From IMG/VR virus record IMGVR_UViG_3300025018_000089, positions 1 through 28,391 of that record: a stretch of 28,391 nucleotides of DNA, one strand, 5' to 3'. Source of the stretch: a virus (Duplodnaviria; Caudoviricetes). Below the pieces are notes generated by a model. That model was not told the origin of the DNA. It saw nothing but the letters and a program-made list of their open reading frames with translations, and did no database searches. Of the stretch, positions 16,016-22,585 are shown piece by piece (within the stretch, counting starts at the first letter, position 1; every line of letters starts with the position of its first letter). A program made the position numbers and the translations under genes.

Positions 16016-16321
16016 CTAGAAAGGAATGTCATCGGGGTTGATGTCCTCGCTCGGGTAGTCGGGCAACACTGAGGCACTGTTGTTTTGTGCAGCAGGTGCA
16101 GCAGGTCGTGATTGCTGACCGCCCCCATTGTTGTTGTCTTTTTGCTCTTGCTCGAATACTGAGAATGTGACGTTGCTGTCATTCATCTCGATGATTCGAC
16201 TGATTGAGCCGTCCTCTTTGTGGAATTCGGTCATTGTGCCGACGTTCGCCCAGAAAGTTTTTTCCTCATTTCCTGATGTGTACTTTTTTGGGTTTGTGAT
16301 GTTGAATCTTTTGACTTGCAT
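16016..16321 (-). CDS. ssb: Short single-stranded DNA-binding protein
   Basis: OB-like N-terminus (EEKTFWANVG), Gly/Gln/Pro linker, acidic tail EDINPDDIPF; next to the recombinase and nuclease. Confidence 0.75.
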   Translation of the reverse strand: MQVKRFNITNPKKYTSGNEEKTFWANVGTMTEFHKEDGSISRIIEMNDSNVTFSVFEQEQKDNNNGGGQQSRPAAPAAQNNSASVLPDYPSEDINPDDIPF

Positions 16322-16336
16322 GATGTGTTGTGTTGG

Positions 16337-16552
16337 TTATGCGATTGCTCGCTTGAAGTGATAAATGATTGAGGCAGTTGTGCCACCCCATGAGACCCCT
16401 GTGTTCCCGCTGATTGGTACGACTGCGACGAGTTCCCACCCGTTCGCACCGTGAGCATTCAACATTCCCTCAGTTGCCTCTTTGTCGATTGACCGACCTG
16501 TGAGACCCTTTTTCATTTTCGGTGTCTCGGTCATATATTCGTATTGAGTCAT
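16337..16552 (-). CDS. DUF4177-like protein
   Basis: QYEY...LNAHGANGWELVAVVP...YHFKR; start reassigned to ATG 16552. Confidence 0.8.
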   Translation of the reverse strand: MTQYEYMTETPKMKKGLTGRSIDKEATEGMLNAHGANGWELVAVVPISGNTGVSWGGTTASIIYHFKRAIA

Positions 16553-16554
16553 GA

Positions 16555-16878
16555 CTATTTTTTCGACCCGTGAATCGGGCACTCGTCATTCTCACAGTCA
16601 TGCCCCAGTGAGTTGATAATGCTCTCGAGCGGGTTTGTAGGCTCAGCGAATGATGCAACGAATTTCGCTTTGTTGTATTCATTTGCGACGAGCAGATTCC
16701 CGATTTCCCCGATGTTTGCACTCTTGACTGTGTACCCCACCCCGTCGCTGATGAGCATTGATGATTGCAGTGTGAGTGCACTGTCACCATACTCATTTTG
16801 ATATTCTTTGATGAGGTCGTGAACGGTTGAGAGTGTCTCAAGAATTGTGTCGAGTTCCTTTTTTTGTGCTTTTTTCAT
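16555..16878 (-). CDS. Hypothetical protein (107 aa)
   Basis: ORF preceded by the AACACACC leader; C-terminal HDCENDECPIH. Confidence 0.65.
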   Translation of the reverse strand: MKKAQKKELDTILETLSTVHDLIKEYQNEYGDSALTLQSSMLISDGVGYTVKSANIGEIGNLLVANEYNKAKFVASFAEPTNPLESIINSLGHDCENDECPIHGSKK

Positions 16879-16904
16879 GGTGTGTTTTTGAATTAGTATT
16901 TTGA

Positions 16905-17744
16905 TTATTTCAATGTTTTTGCAATGACAGGGTCAATGCGGTACACGTCGAGCAAGGCTTTGAACACCTTGAATGATGTGACGAGTTCACCACGACTCAC
17001 AGTGTGTGTCATGTATGACCCCGCTTTGCGAATGACGTTGAGGTCTTTGTCGAGCACGTCGTCTTTTGTGAAGTTCACAATTTTCGCACCGTGCACCTTG
17101 ATGCCTGTCATTTCCTCATACGCTTTCATGTACGCAGCGATTTGATACACCTGAGACGTGTACACGCCCTTTGATGTTTTATAGTCGATGATGTACAGCT
17201 TGCCGTCGATTTCAGCGAGAGCATCGCATTGACCGACAAAGTTGTGACGCTTTGAGTAGATTCTGAATTCACTCGAGATGAATTTCGGGTTGACCTCAGA
17301 TTTCCACCCATTGAATGCGTCGACCCCCTGCTGAGCAAGCACCTTGTCGGTGTCTGAGAGCTCAGCGAATTTTTCAACCTCATTGATGTCAGTTCGATTG
17401 TGCTCGGCAAAGTCGTGCACCACTGTACCAACATCGGCAGCCTCTTGCTTTCGCTCAGTGTACGCACCTCGTGCGATGTTGAGCATTGAGACCACGTCGT
17501 CACGGGTGAATTGTGCACCGTCTCGCATGTGCTCGAGCATTCGTTCCTCAAACATTCTCACCGCCCATGACATGAGCTGATTCGATTTGTCGAGTTTGCC
17601 GACCACTGATGAGGGTGATGCAATCCATTCGTTTTTTTCAACACCGTCAATGCTGATGAGTTTGTATCGGTGTGATGTTGGATAAAAGTCGATGACGATT
17701 GTGTCGTCGTAGAGCGTGAATCGCTCAGTGATTGTTTTTGCCAT
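16905..17744 (-). CDS. PD-(D/E)xK exonuclease (Cas4/RecB-like phage recombination nuclease)
   Basis: SPSSVVG, GTVVH, SEFRIYS...FVGQCDAL......IIDYKTS......QIAAY. Confidence 0.88.
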   Translation of the reverse strand: MAKTITERFTLYDDTIVIDFYPTSHRYKLISIDGVEKNEWIASPSSVVGKLDKSNQLMSWAVRMFEERMLEHMRDGAQFTRDDVVSMLNIARGAYTERKQEAADVGTVVHDFAEHNRTDINEVEKFAELSDTDKVLAQQGVDAFNGWKSEVNPKFISSEFRIYSKRHNFVGQCDALAEIDGKLYIIDYKTSKGVYTSQVYQIAAYMKAYEEMTGIKVHGAKIVNFTKDDVLDKDLNVIRKAGSYMTHTVSRGELVTSFKVFKALLDVYRIDPVIAKTLK

Positions 17745-17746
17745 GA

Positions 17747-18700
17747 CTAGTTTGCTTGAGCATTAGAGATTGCAACAATCAGCTGCATCTTTGTGCCCGA
17801 TACAGGCAAGCCGAGTGATTTTGCCATTTCCTTGAGCTCAATCAGACTCATGTCACCGAGTTCAACGTCCTGTGATGCGTTTTCAGCGTCATTTGCTACT
17901 GAATCGACCTTTGTGTCGGGTTGAGCAGTTTCGGTTGACTGTGGTGCATTTTGGCTTGTTTGAGCAGGTGTTTTGACCTCATCAGCAGGCGTTGCAGTGT
18001 CATACCCGAGTTGAGCTGCAATATATTCGTATTCGGGCTTGATGTATTTGCCGAGTTTGCCCGTTCGGTCTTTTGAGGTGCGTGACTCATCACTCGGGTC
18101 GAGGAATAGCACACGCTTTGTCTCATTCTCACCTGACTCAGCATTCTTGTTTGTAACAGTCCCCATGTATGCAACGATGTCGACCATTGTGACGAGCTCG
18201 TCTGAGAGCTTTGTTGCAATCATTGGTCGTCGCACGATAGTTTCACCGTCAGTCTTTTCATCGACGTGAGCAACGATGACGATGTTCTTGTTTGTGTCTC
18301 GCAGCCACTTGATGAAGTTTCGCATTTTCTTTTTCACCTCGCCCCACCCTGCAATCGACAGGTCACCCGTACCGCCTTGACGATACTTTGCCCCATTGAT
18401 TGACGGTGACTCGATGAGCTTTTGCATTGCCTCACCGATAGGGTCAATCACAATCGTGTCATAGTTTGCGATTGCAACCTTGAGCTGATTGAAGTCCTCT
18501 TGTGTGAACCATTCTTTTTGTTGTGCAACATCAATTTTGATGCCACGTTCCCCGAAGTATTTTGCACCGTTCTCAAAGTCGATGAGTAGCGGTCGAGGGA
18601 ATGTTGAGGCAAAAGTTGTCTTGCCCACCCCGCCCATGCCGTACACAATCATCATGATTGATGCGTTTTTCGGATAGTTTGATGTGTTGGTAATTTCCAT
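17747..18700 (-). CDS. AAA_24/Sak4-like ATPase (ssDNA annealing) with C-terminal SAP-like domain
   Basis: IVYGMGGVGKTTFA, LLIDFENG, YDTIVIDP, IVIVAH, SKDRTG; tail LGDMSLIELKEMAKSLGLPVSGTKMQLI. Start reassigned to ATG 18700. Confidence 0.88.
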   Translation of the reverse strand: MEITNTSNYPKNASIMMIVYGMGGVGKTTFASTFPRPLLIDFENGAKYFGERGIKIDVAQQKEWFTQEDFNQLKVAIANYDTIVIDPIGEAMQKLIESPSINGAKYRQGGTGDLSIAGWGEVKKKMRNFIKWLRDTNKNIVIVAHVDEKTDGETIVRRPMIATKLSDELVTMVDIVAYMGTVTNKNAESGENETKRVLFLDPSDESRTSKDRTGKLGKYIKPEYEYIAAQLGYDTATPADEVKTPAQTSQNAPQSTETAQPDTKVDSVANDAENASQDVELGDMSLIELKEMAKSLGLPVSGTKMQLIVAISNAQAN

Positions 18701-18714
18701 ATATGGTGTGTTGA

Positions 18715-18996
18715 TTATTTTGAACGAGACTCGGGTCGACCGAATGCCACCATGTGTGAATTCGTCCGACAAAGTGCCCCGTTCGATTTGTAATACTCAT
18801 ACTCGATTGAATCACTTGACTCAACGTGAGCACGAATTTGTTTTTTTGTGGGTGCTGAATCGAAAACCACTTTGTGATTCCCCTCAACCAACAGGTCAAA
18901 CGGCTCTTTGCGATATACATGACCCATGTCTCGCACCGTGTAGCCTGATTGCCACAGTTTTTTCTTTACTACCTGTTTTTTTTCGTTTTTAGTCAT
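18715..18996 (-). CDS. Hypothetical protein (93 aa), first gene after an early promoter
   Basis: L.QSGYTVRD...PFDLLVEG is weakly reminiscent of a restriction-endonuclease fold; near-leaderless start. Confidence 0.6.
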   Translation of the reverse strand: MTKNEKKQVVKKKLWQSGYTVRDMGHVYRKEPFDLLVEGNHKVVFDSAPTKKQIRAHVESSDSIEYEYYKSNGALCRTNSHMVAFGRPESRSK

Positions 18997-19004
18997 GCCT
19001 GTTC

Positions 19005-19033
19005 ATTATAAATGGTTTATGATGAAAGTACAA
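19005..19033 (-). promoter_or_regulatory. Sigma70-type promoter TTGTAC-N17-TATAAT
   Basis: 17-nt spacer TTTCATCATAAACCATT; 8 nt before ATG 18996. Confidence 0.75.
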
Positions 19034-19066
19034 TGAGCTGTGTGTGAATTGCGTTGTGTAATGGTG

Positions 19067-19441
19067 CTACTGATTCAATGCTAGTTCTCGCAAGATTGCG
19101 TCACCGTAGGCACATGAGTCGAATGGTACACCGTACCGATTGACCCCGCTTGAGCATGTTACCGTCCCCCCATTCCACACATGAGCAATTTGACGCTCAG
19201 TGAACCCCCTGTCGAGTAATTGTTGAATCTTGAGAATTGCCACAGTTTCCTCATTCTTGCACGTTTGTTTCGGTATCTCACCGAGCATTTGTTTTGCGTA
19301 TAGTTCCCACGTTGACCTCATGAATTGGTACGCCCCTTTTTCACCTGAGAGCCCTTGAGCTGAGCAGTCGCCCTCACTCTCATGACGTTTGATTGCAGCT
19401 GCTATTCGCTGAGCTGCGGGGCTGACCCGAAAGACACGAGT
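19067..19441 (-). CDS. Lysozyme-like (Rpf/SLT transglycosylase-like) domain; open frame lacking its own upstream start
   Basis: The frame reads RIAAAIKRHESEGDCSAQGLSGEKGAYQFMRSTW...IAHVWNGG; the catalytic ES lies upstream of the first ATG (19321). Confidence 0.7.
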   Translation of the reverse strand, partial: TRVFRVSPAAQRIAAAIKRHESEGDCSAQGLSGEKGAYQFMRSTWELYAKQMLGEIPKQTCKNEETVAILKIQQLLDRGFTERQIAHVWNGGTVTCSSGVNRYGVPFDSCAYGDAILRELALNQ

Positions 19442-19878
19442 TCATGACGCACGTCCTCAACCTGAGAATCGAGAGCTGCCTTTTCAGCATTGAATTTTTC
19501 GATTTGTGCTGCCTTTTGTGCATCGAGTTTCGCTATCATTTCAGCACGCTCAGCGTCGAGCTTTTCAATCTCTTGAGCGTGTTGAGCTTTGAGCTCATTC
19601 ACTTGCTCGTTGATGTAGATTTCCTCAGCGAGCAGTTCTTGTTGCTTTTGGAATTCCTCACGAGTCATGATTTGAGCGAGAGCTTTTTGTCGCTCTTTTT
19701 CGTCAGCTGACACGCTGTCGATTTGCTTTTCAATGGTTGATGTTGCGATTCGCTCAGCTGTGTATGTTGTTGAGAGAATGTCGCTGTTGTTGAGTACAAA
19801 GTACCCACCGATGACGACTGCTGCAACAAGTACAAAGGTGATGAACCTTGACCGTCTCTTTGATTTGCTATGTTTCAT
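19402..19878 (-). CDS. Membrane-anchored coiled-coil protein
   Basis: Basic N-terminus, TM FITFVLVAAVVIGGYFVL, long E/K/Q/A heptad region. Confidence 0.75.
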   Translation of the reverse strand: MKHSKSKRRSRFITFVLVAAVVIGGYFVLNNSDILSTTYTAERIATSTIEKQIDSVSADEKERQKALAQIMTREEFQKQQELLAEEIYINEQVNELKAQHAQEIEKLDAERAEMIAKLDAQKAAQIEKFNAEKAALDSQVEDVRHELVSFGSAPQLSE

Positions 19879-19886
19879 AAATTGGA

Positions 19887-20129
19887 TTATTGGATAATTT
19901 CACCGTTGCCACCTCGCACCACGGCATTGATTTTGATACCGAGTGCGTCGCACGTTGTCTTTTCAGACTCAGTGAGAAAAAAGCCTTGATACTCTCGAGA
20001 CTGAGATTGCAGTTTGTAGCAATTCACCTCAGATTGTTTTTCAAGAGCGGTAAGCATGGCAAAGAAAAACAGACAGACGAGAGCGAGACCGAGCACTATA
20101 CCCACAAAATTTTGTATGATTTTTTTCAT
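19887..20129 (-). CDS. Single-TM protein (80 aa)
   Basis: N-terminal TM and two Cys in the soluble part; start reassigned to ATG 20129. Confidence 0.65.
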   Translation of the reverse strand: MKKIIQNFVGIVLGLALVCLFFFAMLTALEKQSEVNCYKLQSQSREYQGFFLTESEKTTCDALGIKINAVVRGGNGEIIQ

Positions 20130-20131
20130 GA

Positions 20132-20344
20132 TTATTTTTTGATAGTTATTTGTGCACCACAATGGTGACAGTTGATAATTCCCTCAGTCAGTCCCGATGT
20201 GAGCAGTTGCTCGCAGTTTGGATTCGGGCACAGCTGTCGGTTGCAGTAGCACACCTCATCGTGCTCGCAGAACCCGTGTCGGTCGTAGCAATACGACTGA
20301 GGGTGCTCGAGAGCGATTGTGTAGCTAGGCATTTGCTCGTTCAT
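20132..20344 (-). CDS. Small Cys-rich Zn-finger protein
   Basis: CYD..GFC....CYC...CPNPNC...CHHCG. Confidence 0.6.
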   Translation of the reverse strand: MNEQMPSYTIALEHPQSYCYDRHGFCEHDEVCYCNRQLCPNPNCEQLLTSGLTEGIINCHHCGAQITIKK

Positions 20345-20493
20345 AGTCATCAATGTGATTGAGAGTTCGATTCAGCACGTCGACTGATTCCTCAAACGTG
20401 GTGACCTTTGACATTTTCATGTCGAGATACTCGCCCATTTCCTGCATCATTGTTTTCGGCTTTTGCTTTTTGATTGTTGTTTTTTTTTGTCAT
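20325..20493 (-). CDS. First early gene, possibly frameshifted at an A9 tract
   Basis: ATG 20493 follows the conserved leader; as assembled it stops after 33 aa, but with one A fewer it gives 55 aa coupled to the next gene. Confidence 0.4.
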
Positions 20494-20555
20494 GTTTTGG
20501 TGTGTTGAATGATTTTGATAATTGATGAGGTCGACCCCTTTCCTCATCTCTTTAT

Positions 20556-20584
20556 ATCATAATTGATTTATGATGAGATGACAA
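20556..20584 (-). promoter_or_regulatory. Sigma70-type early promoter TTGTCA-N17-TATGAT with an overlapping palindrome
   Basis: Spacer TCTCATCATAAATCAAT; ATCATAA-N5-TTATGAT inverted repeat. Confidence 0.75.
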
Positions 20585-20623
20585 GACCATGCAAACACAA
20601 TGTGGGGATAACTCAGACAATAG

Positions 20624-20651
20624 AAAAGCACCCACCGAAGTGAGTGCCTTT
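20624..20651 (-). terminator. Rho-independent terminator
   Basis: GCACUCAC-UUCG-GUGGGUGC-UUUU; cUUCGg tetraloop, with a U-G pair that forms only on the minus strand. Confidence 0.85.
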
Positions 20652-20715
20652 CAGTATTGAATGTGTCTCGAGATTATCAAGACCATACCAACACACCATG
20701 CTGACCGAAGTCAGC
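20624..20715 (-). ncRNA. Candidate ~92-nt structured small RNA
   Basis: TATAAT at 20722-20727; 5' hairpin GCUGAC-UUCG-GUCAGC starts 7 nt later; long central stem with a UAAUC loop; cUUCGg terminator. Confidence 0.65.
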
Positions 20716-20747
20716 CTCAACATTATACAGCAGCCGAGGCGGGTGTC

Positions 20748-21785
20748 CTAGTTATAACCCCCGAAGTCGAGAATGTTGAAATACCCCGCTTTGTTGAAAT
20801 ATGCACCACGTCTCACAGCTCGAGACATTCCTCGGTCAGCCTTTGCGTTCACACCGTCCACTGAGTATTGGTCAGTCGTTGAACCTGCATCACTGAACAT
20901 GATGCCCTGAGTCGGTGCATATTGGTTTGCTGAGATTGAGAACGGTGCTGAGACAATACCTCGAGAGCGAATCAATCGAGATGTGCTGCGAGCAACACCG
21001 ATGACTCGTTCGATTGTGCCTGCTGATGTAGCAATCGCACCTGCTGTGTCGCTGAGAAAATACTCAGCCCCGTCGGTCAGTGTGAGACCGTGAGAGTCAG
21101 TGATTGTTTGCCAGTCGATTTGCACTGCCTCAGCAGCAGCAGCATCAGCCATTGCGAACCCGACAAAGTTGAGTCGAGAGTTGAATGCAGCAGCACTTGC
21201 TTGCACAACGCGGTCAGCCTCACCGCCTGAGAAAGTAAACTCAAAATAAAAACTCTCTTGAGAACCGAGTGCAGTATATGTGCCAGTCTCTGATGATGCT
21301 GAATAGGTCGTGCCCGCACCATACGCAGCACCTGAGTCGGTGTATATATAGTGGTCGACGTTGTTCGCACCACAACCCGCAATGATGTAGAGAGTTTGCC
21401 CTTGATAGGCACTCATGTCGACAGCCATTGTGAATGTCCTCACCCCGTTTGTGTTCTCAGCAAGTTGTGCTGAGTAGAGAGTCGTCGGTGAGCCTGTGAT
21501 TCCCGTTTTGATTTTGAAATATGTATAATCGTTCGACTTGACGTTGATTTTGAGTTTCATCTCAGTGAGTCCAGTTGCATCAGCGGGTACGACAAAAGAT
21601 TGTGCATACCATGTGGTTTTGATGTTTTTCTGAGTATCGTTGACTATTTGGTCGAGCTCGAGTGTGTCCCACCCTGCAATCGTAAGTGCAACAGCATCAC
21701 CCTCAGTGATTGATTCGTTTGCAACAAAGTCACCCAGTGGATTGTAGTTTGCTGCCTTGATTGTATTCCCGCTTTTTATTGACAT
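20748..21785 (-). CDS. Tail fibre/receptor-binding-like structural protein
   Basis: Last gene of the tail module; beta-rich, Ala/Thr/Gly-rich 345 aa. Confidence 0.6.
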   Translation of the reverse strand: MSIKSGNTIKAANYNPLGDFVANESITEGDAVALTIAGWDTLELDQIVNDTQKNIKTTWYAQSFVVPADATGLTEMKLKINVKSNDYTYFKIKTGITGSPTTLYSAQLAENTNGVRTFTMAVDMSAYQGQTLYIIAGCGANNVDHYIYTDSGAAYGAGTTYSASSETGTYTALGSQESFYFEFTFSGGEADRVVQASAAAFNSRLNFVGFAMADAAAAEAVQIDWQTITDSHGLTLTDGAEYFLSDTAGAIATSAGTIERVIGVARSTSRLIRSRGIVSAPFSISANQYAPTQGIMFSDAGSTTDQYSVDGVNAKADRGMSRAVRRGAYFNKAGYFNILDFGGYN

Positions 21786-21786
21786 A

Positions 21787-22275
21787 TTATGTTGATGAGA
21801 AAGTTATTTGATAATTGATGAGAGTGTCCTCGCCACTCGCTTTTGTGAATGCAGGGTCGATGATTGACCGAGCAAAAAGTTGTGCCCCGCAAAAAATACC
21901 GAATTCAGAATACGAGCCATTTGCAAGCTCAGCGTCAGTGATGAAAAAGTCCATTTCGATTGATGTCGCATCACGATTCACAACGTCAGCACGGTCGATG
22001 CCTGTGAGCACCGCTGTCTCAAGACCTGTGTCAGTTGCAGTCGGTGCGGTCGTGCCCGTTCCGATTGCAGCTTTGTCGATGTTGAGCGGGTATGTGGTGA
22101 GCCCCGCAAGATGCTGAGTGATGAGGTCGAGACCTGCATTCGTAGTCGACACGACAAGGTTTGTGTGATGAGTCTCACGCAAAAGTTCTTTTGTGCCCGC
22201 TTTGAAAACCTTGAGTGTGTATTCACCCTTGATTTTCATGCCCGCATTTTGTTGTACTGTGTTGAGATTTTTCAT
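21787..22275 (-). CDS. Tail collar/fibre-base-like protein (162 aa)
   Basis: AIGTGTTAPTATDTGL...SEFGIF...LFARS......K......INYQITF motif; start reassigned to ATG 22275. Confidence 0.7.
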   Translation of the reverse strand: MKNLNTVQQNAGMKIKGEYTLKVFKAGTKELLRETHHTNLVVSTTNAGLDLITQHLAGLTTYPLNIDKAAIGTGTTAPTATDTGLETAVLTGIDRADVVNRDATSIEMDFFITDAELANGSYSEFGIFCGAQLFARSIIDPAFTKASGEDTLINYQITFSST

Positions 22276-22276
22276 G

Positions 22277-22561
22277 CTATTTTTTGACAGGTTTCGGGTC
22301 GATGACAATCGTCGGCTCTTTTTTTGATTCTCGCTTGAATGCCTCGAGGTCTTTGAGTATTTTATCACGTCGCTCAGTGAGTTTCGTGATTCCTGCATCA
22401 ATTTGTGAGAGTTGCTTTTCAAGCACGGTGCGGTCGAGCTTTCGTTTTGTCACGACAAGGTCATCAGTCGTTTCGACGACCTGTTTTGTCACCTCAATCA
22501 CCTCGTTTTCTAACGGGTTGAGAACATTTTTTTGTGTGATGTATTCGAGCTCTTTTTTCAT
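22277..22561 (-). CDS. Hypothetical coiled-coil protein (94 aa)
   Basis: Operon spacing; leaderless promoter immediately upstream. Confidence 0.65.
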   Translation of the reverse strand: MKKELEYITQKNVLNPLENEVIEVTKQVVETTDDLVVTKRKLDRTVLEKQLSQIDAGITKLTERRDKILKDLEAFKRESKKEPTIVIDPKPVKK

Positions 22562-22567
22562 AAATTT

Positions 22568-22576
22568 ATTATAACA
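22568..22576 (-). promoter_or_regulatory. Extended -10 promoter TGTTATAAT, leaderless
   Basis: 6 nt before ATG 22561. Confidence 0.6.
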
Positions 22577-22585
22577 ACAATTTCA

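Noticed and set aside
16905-17744. Cas4/CRISPR association
   Set aside because: No repeat-spacer array or other cas gene and no Fe-S Cys cluster; the context (Sak4, SSB) indicates a recombination exonuclease.
19402-19404. Stop-codon recoding (TAG or TGA readthrough, genetic code 15 or 25)
   Set aside because: The transglycosylase domain is in a different frame, and core genes end cleanly at TAG (MCP) and TGA (TerL) at normal lengths.
20603-20611. DnaA box-like TTATCCCCA upstream of the early promoter
   Set aside because: A single copy with a mismatch to TTATCCACA; insufficient alone.
20498-20698. Invertible promoter segment bounded by inverted copies of the leader motif
   Set aside because: The repeats are gapped and imperfect and no recombinase is encoded; RNA-level pairing fits better.
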